DNA from: Haliotis rufescens
Taxonomy: Eukaryota
NCBI RefSeq assembly: GCF_023055435.1
Contig: NW_025964013.1
Span: 4,278,001 to 4,342,000 of the forward strand
Direction: 5' to 3'
DNA length: 64,000 bases
In this document: positions 13,811 through 27,800 of the stretch, in pieces
Numbering within the stretch: the stretch's first letter is position 1
Layout of the letters: each line of letters begins with the position of its first letter
The notes under the pieces: generated by a model
The model's database searches: none
What the model saw: only the letters and a program-made list of their open reading frames with translations
Told to the model about the DNA's origin: nothing
Made by a program: the position numbers and the translations under genes

Positions 13811-15092
13811 GTGTTTTTTACGCTACATGCAACATCATACCGGCTACTTCACTGTGATCAGTAAATAATCGAATCTTGACCTGACAAACCAGTGGTTGAT
13901 ATGATGAGCATCATCGGCATACAATGACATGCAATCAACAATTCACCAAGCCTGACCAAGATATCCCAATTTATTTGTTTGTTTGTTTGTTTGTTTGTTT
14001 GTTTGTTTGTTTGTTTGGGGAAAAAAACATTTGAAAGAGGAATTCGTATGTGTAATGACAACTGCATCAAACCATGCTAACTACACATTACAATCAGATG
14101 TGGACCTGTGTTGATGGAGTTAGTACTTACATAGTAACTTGGCCAACATACGAGTTTGGCAATAGTGGACCAAAGCTTGGTGCGCTGATATCACGAGTGA
14201 CAACAATACTATCTGGAACATCAAGCCACGCTGCGATTGGCCAGCCCTATCGGAAGCACAAGCCCAACGTGAACTTTAAACACACTTGAATCTGTAAGGT
14301 AGCGCGTTGGATATCTCCTTCTAGAGAACGACCATGCCTTATAGTTTCATCTTCCTGGTAAGTGATTATCTATTTGGACAAAGTATCTTAATTATAGCAG
14401 ATTTTAATCCCAATACAAAATTAAGAAGTTGAACGTTTTATAACGCTTAAATGTGACTCTAAGGTGACCATTACCATTAATTACCGTTATTTTTGTCTTA
14501 TTTTTAAACGGAATTGGTGTTCTAAACTCATAATAACATTTTTGTTATGTCCAAACGTTTTATTGACGAACTTTTTCTATTGTGTAATCTGGTCGAGAGT
14601 CAAGGGTCGACTTCCTTTGTGAATGAACCAGATGTATATAGATGTCTCCTGTCATTCGGGTCCGTATAAACGTAGTTCCCCCGATTGACTTATGATTAAC
14701 CAATGAGTAAGTTTTAACAAAACCCTTCAACTGTTTTGAGGGAAGATTTTGGCTTGTATTTCTCGGGCATACGGACTCCGCATGGTGGTTATTGACTCCT
14801 TGTATGTTAAACCACACCACAGTGTGTTTCATTCCCAGCTAAACCCACCACTTATTTGTGATACTTTAACTTTCCGACCATATACCTTCGGTATTATATT
14901 ATTCCGGTAAACCATTTCAAGATTAAAAGCTGCGTTAAAGTGAAATTTCTCTGTTTGAATGATTGAAGTTGTTTTTCAAACTACTGAAGAATCAAAGAGA
15001 AAATCCTGTACGAATATTATATACGTAAACAACGACATTTAACTGAAATGATGTGAAATAAATTCCACAGTTCGGAAATTGTAAGATACTGA

Positions 15093-15289
15093 AGTAAGAC
15101 AAGTTCTATGGATGAACAACTTCTTTATTACAATTTGTGCGACGTTTCGGTGTATATCCTAACACCTTTATCAAGGAAGGTGTTAGGATCTACACCGAAA
15201 CGTCGCACAAATTGTTATAAAGAAATTGTTCATCCATAGAACTTGTCTTACTTCATCACACCAACTTCTAAATGCCACTTAAAGAAGTT
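15093..15289. mobile_element. Palindromic Penelope-like LTR remnant with minimal hammerhead-like core
   Basis: About 79-bp inverted arms (15090-15168 / 15177-15255); 15-bp direct repeat attgtaagatactga on both sides; second family copy at 44428-44625. Confidence 0.7.
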
Positions 15290-17808
15290 ATTGTAAGATA
15301 CTGATGAAACTTATGTGAAATAATTATTGAAATCAGTGGTGATACAAAGTGCTACCGTAGAATGGTACGCACGTCGTGGTGTACCGGTAGCCAATGAGGA
15401 AATGTGAAAACTCACAGAAAAGGGTCATAGCATGGAATAGTATCGCGCATGTTGACAACAACGTGCCATACTTAGTACTCGAGGGGAACTTCGAGAATGG
15501 AAAATCAGGTAGTGTAAATGGGTTGTATTTCTATGCTCCTTTGAACAGTATTTTATCTATATCATGACGTACCACTACTGCCTGGAAGTTCATTCCCCTT
15601 ACACGCATGGGCAACGCGTTACGCAACCCGTGTGCACCCCGTTCGTCACTAGTGTGGAGCGCGTGACACACTCATTACATTACAGGGGGAACACACTTTT
15701 GACCAAGGGAGGACCCATGTTTAGCTGAACCTGGAGGTGGTAACAAGGAGATAACCTTTTGATTTCCTGACGTAAAATGTTAATACACATTTTATTTTAT
15801 GTACTTGCTGATGTCTCATTTTTAGATGTGATTTTGTTGGAAAATATGAGTACCGTTGTGGCTTCTACATGATGTTTTGCGATAGTGTTAAGAGAATACA
15901 TGATCCTGTTAAATGTTATTGCTATTCAAATGTTTTTTAGTGATTTGACATTAAACGTCTGTAGTACGACTTCCAGTGATCATGTCTATGAGGTTTGGTG
16001 GATATTGCTTTTATTGGACCCTAATTACTTTATGATGGTTGGGTATCTTTGTCTCAGCTCCATAGCCGTGACGCTGGGAAAGGGCAGCATTTGATTAATG
16101 AGAGTAGGTTATATCATGGAGGATACATTTGAGGGAGGGAGTTCTACTAATTACCGTACCACAGGAAAAGACCTGTAGACGTGAGAGCGCGGGGTTGTGT
16201 GTAAGATGGCCGTTGCATAATGGCCGCCAGGAGTGGTAAACATTGAGCTGAAGTAGCGTTGTTTTCACGGGCTTGTTGAATAAATTCCCAGCGCTGCTGT
16301 CCATGTATCTTCTACTTGATCCTAGATACATCATTCTGGCATTTACAATATATATTTTTCAACGTACATTAATGGTTTACTAGTCATATCTTTTGGAGTA
16401 TTTGTCAATTGTGTTGAGCTTACAAGCAATAATTGTAATTTGTGGTGACATATAAATATAAAACGTCTCATTTAAAACATGAAGTAAGTACGATAGTAAA
16501 TAATAAAATTCAAATCGCATTAAAATACAATGATAACAAGATTCATTTGTAACCCCGAAGCATGTGTTCCACATCCATAGCCAGGAGGAAAGCTCCTGAT
16601 TAAACAAAATGAAGAAGCTTGCCTTACATATATGTAGAGACATCATCTGAATGTGACTATATATGCAAATGTTACGATACTGTACCTATCTTCACGAATT
16701 ATTTAAAAATGGGCATAAAGTTCACGGAGACGAAGGCTATAGATACAATACTATATTTGATTTTTTAGATGATAAAGTACATCATTTGATAATAAATTCA
16801 GTTATTGATATCTAAAAACCGATTTGCCATATTAATAAACATTTCATGATAAAACAAAATCAAATGTGTGATATAAATTCATTCTTTAGTATCCATAAAT
16901 GAATTATTGATATCATATAACGAATAAATAGTAAAAAAGCGCCCTATACATTGTTCTTTGTGGATTGTATTAAGTAATCCGATTGCATCACGGTTATAGT
17001 GTTAATTGCTCGTCTTTTTTCTGCACCATCATTTCTTTCATTTAAAAAATGGCAACTTATAATTAACCAAGGTAATAATACTTACCCAACCTGCGTTTAT
17101 TTACCTATCTGTCATTATTATCGTTAACATGTGTCTACTTTTAAGTGTATATACTTATGCCATACATCGTACTGATTAAGGAATGACACATCATCGTGAG
17201 ATATATGTACTCCATACACATGCAGCACAACGGGACTTTGATTCTATAGCACAGAAAATCGTTACCCCGAGTTACTGTGTAACAGTTCCCCCCTTGTTTT
17301 CATACGTGTCATTCAGTCAAATAAGTCAGGTGTGACAGTTATCACAATCTCACCGGTTATAAAGATTTGATAAATGCCGACTGACACTCTTGATGGGTCA
17401 GTGATTAAGACAACAGATCAATACACACGCTTCCTATTCAGTATGCACGTATGATTACATGGCCGTGTGTATGCATGGTATGTATGACTGTGTGTATGAT
17501 TAAATGTATGTAAATTATGTATGTGTATGTATGTGTGTGCGTGCGTATGTGTAAATGTATGTAAGCCTAGATTACATAATAAATGCTTCGGTCGTTTGAA
17601 GCCAGAAGGCAGAGGTATTCCCGGGAAAGAAGCCTAGTCTCGCAGTTGGTCACTAGTGCTGAAACTACTCGCGGATTTGTTTTTGAATAAGGCGAATGGA
17701 GCAGAGTAAGCTTAGAGATTATCGGCTGTTGTGTAAAAACAATGCTTCAGAAAGATCGACGTCCTGTCCCTATGAACAAACCTACAGATTAGGGGTTGAA
17801 CGTCAAAA

Positions 17809-18295
17809 GTGTCTGTCAGGTTTCTTAATGCTACTAAAGGCAACTATATGCCGATATTAAAATTTCGTACCTCAAATCACGATTTGCCCGTTGAGACTGG
17901 CCGATGGCAGAATATACCAAGAGAAGATAGACTTTGTCAACTTTGTGATTCACTCTCGGTTGGAGATGAGTTTCACTATCTCTTCAGATGCGAAGCTCTA
18001 CTCCAACAAAGAATTCGATATATTCCCAAAAAATACTACTTGTGGCCAAATATTTTTAAACTCTGTAAAACTGTTTCACCCAAAAGGCTAAAAGATATAA
18101 GAAATTTGTCCAGATATATTGTATGTCTATGTAAGTTATTAAGAAAGAACCGTTGACCCTGTCACTTGTCATGTTGATATCTTTTTGTAATTTCATATGT
18201 ATATACATATATATAGGTGTAAACGCTCATGTACCACCGGTGGTGGTTTCTTTGAGAAATAAACTGAACCTGAATCTGAATCTGAATCTGAATCT
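17809..18295 (+). mobile_element. Non-LTR retrotransposon 3' end (C-terminal Cys/His domain and tail)
   Basis: KFRTSNHDLPVETGRW...RLCQLC...DEFHYLFRC, followed by aataaa and a (tgaatc)n tail. Confidence 0.8.
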
Positions 18296-19109
18296 GCTTA
18301 ATTACTTTTGCTGGAGAATGTGTTTCTTGGACACGCGCTATAAAACATGTTAACATAAAAATATATGAATGTTGAAGCTGGGCTTCACTTCAGTTTTCCA
18401 GTTTTTAGCAAGCCCCTCATACTGAAAAACAGCCTAACTGTTCATATTACTATGTCCTGCTATGCTTTACATCTAACAAAGCTATACATTACTAATATAT
18501 TAGGCCTTAATTTTACCTATATTTAAAACTTTCTCTCTCTGTAACAAAATTCATATGTTCTTGTATTATATTTGATATATCTGTATTTACATATATACAT
18601 CATTTATAATATTTATTGTCAACATATATACCTATAAATCTTTACTATACTCAATAATGTATTGTCAGCACCCTAACGTAGAATGAAAGCCCGACGCGAT
18701 TCTGGTCTTTGACGTTTACCACTTTGGTGAACCCGCCGAACACGGGTATGGTGCTAACAAACCAATGAACACAAATAGGGCGAATCTGGGATTCGAACCC
18801 ACGATCATGAGATCAAGGCATGACAAAAGGAACCACATTGCATCAGACGACAGGGTTATCAAGGAAGGACTATCCTGAAGACAATTCAAGTCACGTGTTC
18901 CAAGACAACTTCAAACTCTGACAGAGAAGAAGACTATCCAAGGATGATGTCCCATGACATTTTCACTCTCAGACGGAGATGAAAAGCAAACCAAGACCCA
19001 TGTTTAAATATAAAGACCATGAAAATACAACAGGGTATTACAGACTGGTTCTACGCCGAACCGCACCGCACCGCACCGCACCCTCACCTCACCACACCTC
19101 ACCTCACCA

Positions 19110-19253
19110 NNNNNNNNNNNNNNNNNNNNNNNNNNNNNNNNNNNNNNNNNNNNNNNNNNNNNNNNNNNNNNNNNNNNNNNNNNNNNNNNNNNNNNNNNNN
19201 NNNNNNNNNNNNNNNNNNNNNNNNNNNNNNNNNNNNNNNNNNNNNNNNNNNNN
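19110..19253. other. Assembly gap (others at 54112-54282 and 57238-57580)
   Basis: N runs, each adjacent to or inside a SINE copy. Confidence 1.
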
Positions 19254-20035
19254 GGATAGAATAGGTCTCATACTTGCCGTAAAAGGTGACTATGCTTGTT
19301 GTAAAAGGCGACTAACGGGATCGGGTGGTCAGACCTGCAGACTTGGTTAATGCATGTCATCGATCCCAATTGCGTGGATCGATGCTCATGATATTAATCA
19401 CTGGATTGTCTGGTCCTGACTCGATTATTTACAGACCGCCGTCATATAGCTGGAATATTGCTGAGTGCGGCGTTAAACAACAAACCACTCACTCACTCAC
19501 TCACTCACTCACTCACTCACTCTACTGATGAAAATGAAGACAGAATGCAACACTACTTAACCTACTTCGTGTCGTATTTGTTTTAGCCTACATCGTAGCT
19601 ACTGATTACACCTCCTTCAACTAAGCGATGGTGCTCGAGCAGATACCTCAGTCGCCGTGCACGGTTACCTGCAGTCTTGTAGATGTTATCAGCTCCTCCA
19701 ATTGTCTTGTGTCCAATCAGCAGATTAGAAAGGGCACAAGGACATGGCAAAGGACGGTCCCACTTAATGATCTGTCTGTTCCATATAGGCGACGTGGCTA
19801 AATCATCGCCTCGTGTTTTAGAGGTGAGGTGAGGTGAGGTGAAATCGGTAGTAGTTCACGTATATGGGGACGTGTATGCACGTGTGTGTATGAAGACTTC
19901 TAGTCCCGACTAATGTCACAAACACATTCAAAGGCAAGTCAATTTTCACCTGAGAAAAACACACGAACATACGGTACAAGTCAAAATAGGGAAAAGCATC
20001 AGACTTCTTTTTGGTCACTGCTGCGTCAAAATATA

Positions 20036-21563
20036 CTATCCAAAAAAAGAAACGCATAGGTGTTACTGATATGTCAAAACGAAAATAATACCTATTGTAT
20101 TCATATTAATGTCAAAATATGTATCAATATTGGTAAGAGCATCAATTGACACAATTCCGTTTGCAACAAATCGATTTTTCTTGAAAATATTGACTTTGAT
20201 GTGATGTTTTGAGAATGAGTAAGATATGCATCGCCACAACACAAAAAGGGGCATCTTGCACGTTGAAATTGGGCAGGAAAAGCATGTAGTGTTTGGCAAT
20301 AAAAAGCAAGCTTGCTTTCGGAAATAGGCATTCATCCAGAAGGTGTTTCCAAGCCAAATGAACATGCCACGTATTGATGCTGCCACAAGGAACATCGCCA
20401 TTGGAAGACTGCAGGCTGGAGAGTCCCAATCTTCTGTTGCCCGACGTCTGAATGTTAGCAAAACCACAATATCACGGCTTGCAGTTCGCTACAACCAAAC
20501 AGGCACAACAAATGACCGTCCCCGTACAGGAAGACCTAGAGTCACCACACCAGCCCAGGATCGCTACATCCGGGTGCTCCATTTGCGGGACCGTACTGCT
20601 ACGGGTGAGAGCACTGCAGTCAGGGTGCCAGGATTTAGGAGGATATCAGGCCAGACTGTACGGAACAGCCTGAGAGAACATGGACTGAGAGCCAGGAGAC
20701 CCTACGTCGGGAACGTGCTACGTCGTCACCATCGTGCTCATCATCTCCGTTGGTGTAACAACGTGACTACCTGGAACCTTCGCAACTGGCGACGCATTTG
20801 GTTTAGCGAAGAGTCCAGATTCCTGTTGCAGAGACGCGATGGTAGGAACCGGGTCTACAGACGTGTTCATGAACGTTATGCCCCTAACTGCGTGCGTCAA
20901 GTGGACAGATTTGGTGGAGGGAGTCTGATGATGTGGGCGGTAATATCCTACACTGATCGTACCGATCTTGTCCACGTCCAGGGAAACCTGACGGCTGTAC
21001 GCTACAGAGACACCATCCTGCTACCACACCTCCTGCCAGCCATTGACGTCCAACGTGAGATTGTCCAGCAGGACAACGCCCGGCCCCGCACGGCACGTGT
21101 CACAATGACCGTTCTCGCTGCTAACAATGTCAACGTGCTCCCCTGACCGTCCCGTTCCCCGATCCTAACCCAATAGAGCACCTGTGGGATGAACTTGATC
21201 GCCGTCACCGTCAGCGTCAGCATTAACCCCAAACCCTCCAGGCACTAGCTGCATTTCTGCAGGTGGAGTGGCGGAGGATTCCCCAGGCCGTTATCAAGCG
21301 TCTCATCCAGTCCATGACAAGGCGTGTGGGAACTGTTATTCGTGCACGTGGTGGGCACAACAGATATTGATACTCCATTTACGTTTGAGGAATATTGTGA
21401 ATGCATTACCTCAAGTTATGGGCATCACTGTATAGACATTGATCTCTCCTAAACGGATGTAAAATTTCATGTACTCAAGTTCATTTCCTACCAAGTTATT
21501 CATGTTTGAATATACAACATTTTATCAGCAAATACGGGTTATGCGTTTCTTTTTTTTGAATAG
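20036..21563 (+). mobile_element. Near full-length Tc1 (DD34E-type) transposon with inactivated transposase (20364-21370)
   Basis: TIRs ctatccaaaaaaagaaacgcata / tatgcgtttcttttttttgaatag flanked by TA; ORF has HTH, WFSEES (first D reads E), QQDNAR, a TGA at 21144 and a frameshift before NPIEHLWD. Confidence 0.93.
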
Positions 21564-22223
21564 TATATATAAAAAGCTTATGCGCTTATATTTATAGTGC
21601 TACCCAAGTAATATACAATGTGGCAGCGTAGCATAGACACTTCACTCAGACACATCATACTCCGCGGCAACCAGTCTTTGTTTCATGCTCTTGATGCCGA
21701 TCGCCAGGCAGGGTAACAACAAGTACCACCTTTAACGTTTTGGACATGACGCGACCAGGGGCCACCGACCTTCCGCTCTCTTGATAGAGATTCTATTCAC
21801 TTGATCATGGAAGCGGTCTTTACATTGTAGATTGCCGATATGACGAACTCCAGGGGACTAAATCAACTCGAAAGTATTCGAAACTCCTAAGTTTTCGAAT
21901 TATCCGGCGCTATTTGAATAATGGGATTGCCACACAGTTGTGAAAAAACGTCTCTTTTAATTCCAATTGCAACAACTGGTTGTTCAACTGACACGATACA
22001 ACAGGAATGAAACTGAATGTAGTTAAATCTTTCGCCAATGAAACATACTTCTTTCTCTGGCTCAGGTTTATACTATAAAGCTAATTTCCTAGATGTCATT
22101 AAGCAATGTAAATGTAATCATATTCAATGTATTTTACACTCGGTGGACTAACATTGGGATTACGTCGCATGTACTAATTGCACGTTTTGATATCAGAACA
22201 TGTTTGCAAGAGAATGCTATTAC

Positions 22224-22620
22224 TAGAGCTGGGGAGAGTCCAAATTTACTACCCGGGTACCCTGCACCTATCACCCAGCCCTTCCTGGATACCCGCTATA
22301 GGTCTCAAGAGTGGGGTACAAAATGTCCGACGGGAAATTATTTTACCGCTGCCCTAGCAAAAACGTTTTAGATACACTGCAGTTGATAGACGCTTTATCC
22401 TTACTCGAACATATAAAAGTCAGAACGAATGCTTGCATAGTGAGAAAGAAATGTGAACATTAGCTGTACTTGTAGTGTAACCATTGAGTTTTATTGTTAT
22501 GTCATTACAGTATATCACGTGACTAACCTCGGGTCTGGGTAGTCATGTGCGTACCCGGGTCCTACTCAGGACCTACCCAACCCGAGTACCCGAGTACCCG
22601 AGTGACCCGTCCCAGCCCTA
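22224..22620. mobile_element. hAT-like non-autonomous element (MITE)
   Basis: Imperfect TIRs tagagctggggagagtc / gacccgtcccagcccta; 8-bp flanks gctattac and gatattat (6/8 match); subterminal acccgag repeats. Confidence 0.6.
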
Positions 22621-22781
22621 GATATTATGTAAGGCTGTGGTACAGTAGAAACAGGAAAATATAATGATACACAGTGTTCATTATTTATATAATCTGTACC
22701 TCATACTATACGCACACCTTATGTTATGTAAAGCACCTCATATGTTGCAGTGCTATCAGTCTTGTTAGTCTATGTCTCATA

Positions 22782-23497
22782 TTTCTACGCCCGATGACTA
22801 GTGACAAAAGTCTCCTGTATCGTGAGCTCCTGTTTCTACGCCCGATGACTAGTGACAAAAGTCTCCTGTATCATGAGTTCCTGTTTCTACGCCCGATGAC
22901 TAGTGACAAAAGTCTCCTGTATCATGAGTTCCTGTTTCTACGCCCGATGACTAGTGACAAAAGTCTTCTGTAACGTGAGCTCCTGTTTCTACGCCCGATG
23001 ACTAGTGACAAAAGTCTCCTGTATCGTGAGTTCCTGTTTCTACGCCCGATGACTAGTGACAAAAGTCTCCTGTATCATGAGATCCTGTTTCTACGCCCGA
23101 TGACTAGTGACAAAAGTCTCCTGTATCATGAGTTCCTGTTTCTACGCCCGATGACTAGTGACAAAAGTCTCCTGTATCGTGAGCTCCTGTTTCTACGCCC
23201 GATGCTTAGTGACAAAAGTCTCCTGTATCGTGAGCTCCTGTTTCTACGCCCGATGACTAGTGACAAAAGTCTCCTGTATCATGAGTTCCTGTTTCTACGC
23301 CCGATGACTAGTGACAAAAGTCTCCTGTATCGTGAGCTCCTGTTTCTACGCCCGATGCTTAGTGACAAAAGTCTCCTGTATCGTGAGCTCCTGTTTCTAC
23401 GCCCGATGACTAGTGACAAAAGTCTCCTGTATCATGAGTTCCTGTTTCTACGCCCGATGACTAGTGACAAAAGTCTCCTGTATCATGAGTTCCTGTT
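22782..23497. repeat. 51-bp minisatellite (about 14 copies)
   Basis: Unit cgcccgatgactagtgacaaaagtctcctgtatcatgagttcctgtttcta. Confidence 0.97.
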
Positions 23498-23702
23498 CCC
23501 GTGGCCTGTGTGCTCCCCAGACATGTCCCCGTGTCCACAGTGACCACTGACTCCAGCTAACCGGGAAGAACTCATCCAGGCCCTCCAAGAAAAATGTCGA
23601 CGTATCCCACGCGACATCATCCGACGACTGACCTTTCTTCTGTTCGTTGTTCTTGAGGTTTCTTTGCGTGTTTTGTAAGCAGGGGTTGGTCATACACGCT
23701 AA
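23497..23702 (+). pseudogene. Tc1 transposase 3' fragment
   Basis: FPWPVCSPDMSP...REELIQALQEKCRRIPRDIIRRL...GWSYT; resembles WP..SPDLSPIE and the Tc1 C-terminus. Confidence 0.75.
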
Positions 23703-24719
23703 TACTTTTGGATTTTAGATTTTAGATCTGTGTGCCCTTTGTCCCTTACGTTGAAAGCTTGATTTTGCTACCCCGCCTCAATTAGGGAAGCTGTCCTATC
23801 AGACTGATTCTATATGCCTGTAATTTTAAATGTTGATTATGTTGAGATTTTTCTATCTTTTTATCCATCGATCTTGTCAGGTCTTTACACCTGGGTGATT
23901 TAAAACTATGGTAAAGTTTATATGTTGATATATTTCTTAGTTTTCTCACATCAAAGAGTTACCTGATTACTTTAACATGGGCATCATAACGTAATGCAAC
24001 ACAACATTATACATCATAGTTTCGAAACTTATAAGGATTATATAATTATTTGAATTTAATAACTCTTAATTTCAAACCGTTCTGTCATGTGTATCCGTTG
24101 ATTATTACACCTCCGCCCAGCTGGCCATATATAGTGTGGCACAAATTTTCAAATCATTCATTTCAGTCACAGCTAAAACCGTTCCCTTAAATCTAAATGT
24201 ATTTATTGTAATGTGGGTTCAACGTATCGAGGGCATGGGCGGCTGACAAACAATTGTCCATGCGGACAAAACGATGGATCGTTTAAACAACGGATTCATA
24301 AACGTCAAAGCATAACAATAATCAGTGACAATTAACTACCGAAACAGATTCAATAGGGCGTATAAGGCAAAAGTGTGAAAAGTGACGGCACATATGTGTT
24401 TAAACTAAACTGCAGCCACTAAAAGAATATTCCCATATTTGATGTATATGATAAGAGTATGACAGTTTAGGATCTTAAGTTTGCAGTTGAACACGTGTGT
24501 AATTTCTGGATCGAATCAAGTGTACACTTCTTCTGCCCGGAAGTAAAAATATACGTATAAAAGCTGATTCATACGAAACGTTAATCTCAATAAATTATTG
24601 TGCCAAATCATTATGTTTGAAATGAAATTTCATTAACGAGACTTATGTATATATGTCATGCAATAACGAGCCTGTACATCTACTGGGTCATTGTCCTTTT
24701 CAGGTGCAATGGTCCTGAG

Positions 24720-24801
24720 ATGATGATACTCCACGTCTTAGCTGAAGTATGTGTGCTTTATATCCTCTTATCTTTGAATCAAGTCGCAGGTCAAACATAC
24801 G
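24720..24801 (+). CDS. Cont: Contactin coding exon 1, signal peptide MMILHVLAEVCVLYILLSLNQVAGQTY
   Basis: Acceptor ttgtccttttcag ends 24703; ATG at 24720; hydrophobic signal peptide; donor G|gtaagt, phase 1 matches exon 2. Confidence 0.8.
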
Positions 24802-27800
24802 GTAAGTAACTACTCCCCCCCCATCTTCCCCCTTCCCCCCATCTTCCCCCTTCCCCCATCCTGCCCCTCCCATCAGAGAGTCCCGCTATCAAAGTCCTCC
24901 ACGTTCTCGAATGCCAGCGTAGAAGACTCGAGGCACGCCCACCGGCTGGCTATAGCACGAATACTGAAATAGTTCTACCGCTACAGTATCGCAATAATGT
25001 ATCTTCTATTGCTAGAATACCTAGATTAGCCCCTAAAGTCACTCTCCCTTAGAGGTCGACCATTCAATAATCGTATTGGGAAATTGTGTGAATGGCGGGT
25101 GCTACCGCAGAGCAGGGCATGCTTACCCTTGTCGCGAACACCTGGTGTCATCACTGATTTTCAGTGATCACTTAATTTAAATTCCATCACTAATTTGCCT
25201 TTTACGCCCTATGGAATCTGTTTCGGCAGATAATTGATACTGCTTATTTTTTTGCTTTGGCGTTTTGAATGTGTTTTTTTGTGGTTTTTGTTGTTTTTGT
25301 TGTGTTTTTTTTTGTTGTGTTTTTTGTTTGTTTTTTGTTTTGTTTTGTTTGTTGTTGTTTTTTTTGGGGGGGGCATTAGAAGAATAATCTGTTTCAGAAA
25401 ATAATGTTTTGCAGGGATAACGATCGTAAACCGGACATTTTGGACGTTCTGCAAAGTTATGCGTTGTGGGTAAGAAAAAAAGGTTTGGCGTTTCTTCTCA
25501 GGGAATAAAATGAATGTCTTACAAGTTTTCTGAAAACCATTTCGTCTCATTCAAAATTCCCAATTTACACACCCTCCCCTAGAATATTAAATGGTCGGTC
25601 CCAACATGACGAACGCTAAGCCTGGCCGCGACACATTCCTCTGTAAGCAAGCAGCACGGACTGATAGCGTTTTGTGCAGAACACCTCGTATGTAGAGTAA
25701 CACGCTTACACTATGGCCATTGCTAGGTCATAACATTACCCTGTATGTAGGAGTATGAGCTTGGTCCTGTTCCATGTGAAAAATATCTGCTTTTATTTAA
25801 TTATAACTAGTTTAGATGATAAAAAGGGCAAGTCTAGCTTACTATATTCCACAGCATAAATTATTTTTCAAAAATATAATTGCATTGTGTAATGCATTTA
25901 TCAAAGTTATTCCACCAATCTTTATTTCTTAATACCGATGTTATATGATTATAGTGCATATATACAAAGTAGTTTAGGGTACATTTATACAACCGAATAT
26001 CCATCAATAACCCTGATAACTTATAAATTAAACCAGTTAGTGCATGGTTTCTCAGATTTATAGCATGAAAATGAACATTGATTATTTTTAATTGTGACAG
26101 TATTTTAAGTCTTCATTATTATGCAAAATTTATACAAGTGATGATACCTGAAAAAAGGAAGAGAATATATGGATGTCACCTTCTTTAGTATGAGGAACAC
26201 AACGTTTTGTGTACATGCTTACTGCTTCAATCACCTGTCGTCTCGATTATGTGAAGACTGCTGGAATATTGGTGGGTGCGACGTTAAACAACAAACAAAC
26301 AAACAAATAATAAAGTAGCATATGACTGTTTGACTTATTTTAAAAAGCAGCATTTTTTCACTCATTTCAGCAAGCAGCGTTATTTGAGTTATTTCAAACC
26401 AGCGTTATTTGACCTATTAAAGTATGATCTTCCTGCAATATTTGACTGATTTCGCCAAGAAGCGTTATGTGACTTTTAGCGTATTTCATCAACTTCAATG
26501 ACGCGACGTTGTCAAGGCATGTAATCCGTTGAACTCCTGAACTGTAGGTAGCCCACGAACCTTCAACCTTGTGGCGAGATAACGCCAGGTCACGGATGCC
26601 TGTCTGCTGAAAGGGGTGGGGGACGTCGTCGGCCGTGCGGCCATGTCACTGTCACATAGGCCTGTCTGCTGAAAGGGGCAGAGGACGTCGTCCGCCGGGC
26701 GGCCATGTCACTGTCACGTAGGCCTGTCTGCTGGTAGGGGCAGAGGACGTCGTCCGCCGGGCGGCCATGTCACTGTCACGTAGGCCTGTCTGCTGGTAGG
26801 GGTGGAGGACGTCGTCCGCCGGGCGGCCATGTCACTGTCACGTAGGCCTGTCTGCTGGTAGGGGTGGAGGACGTCGTCCGCCGGGCGGCCATGTCACTGT
26901 CACGTAGGCCTGTCTGCTGAAAGGGGTGGAGGACGTCGTCCGCCGGGCGGCCATGTCACTGTCACGTAGGCCTGTCAGCTGAAAGGGGTGGGGGACGTCG
27001 TCCGCCGGGCGGCCATGTCACTGTCACGTAGGCCTGTCTGCTGGTAGGGGCAGAGGACGTCGTCCGCCGGGCGGCCATGTCACTGTCACGTAGGCCTGTC
27101 TGCTGGTAGGGGTGGAGGACGTCGTCCGCCGGGCGGCCATGTCACTGTCACGTAGGCCTGTCTGCTGGTAGGGGTGGAGGACGTCGTCCGCCGGGCGGCC
27201 ATGTCACTGTCACGTAGGCCTGTCTGCTGGTAGGGGTGGGGGACGTCGTCCGCCGTCCGCCATGTCACTGTCACGTAGGCCTGTCAGCTGAAAGGGGTGG
27301 GGGACGTCGTCCGCCGGGCGGCCATGTCACTGTCACGTAGGCCTGTCTGCTGGTAGGGGTGGAGGACGTCGTCCGCCGGGCGGCCATGTCACTGTCACGT
27401 AGGCCTGTCTGCTGAAAGGGGTGGAGGACGTCGTCCGCCGGGCGGCCATGTCACTGTCACGTAGGCCTGTCTGCTGGTAGGGGTGGGGGACGTCGTCCGC
27501 CGGGCGGCCATGTCACTGTCACGTAGGCCTGTCTGCTGGTAGGGGTGGAGGACGTCGTCCGCCGGGCGGCCATGTCACTGTCACGTAGGCCTGTCTGCTG
27601 AAAGGGGCAGAGGACGTCGTCCGCCGGGCGGCCATGTCACTGTCACGTAGGCCTGTCTGCTGGTAGGGGTGGAGGACGTCGTCCGCCGGGCGGCCATGTC
27701 ACTGTCACGTAGGCCTGTCTGCTGAAAGGGGTGGAGGACGTCGTCCGCCGGGCGGCCATGTCACTGTCACGTAGGCCTGTCTGCTGGTAGGGGTGGGGGA

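Noticed and set aside
20343-21370. Active Tc1 transposase
   Set aside because: First catalytic D reads E; premature TGA and frameshift.
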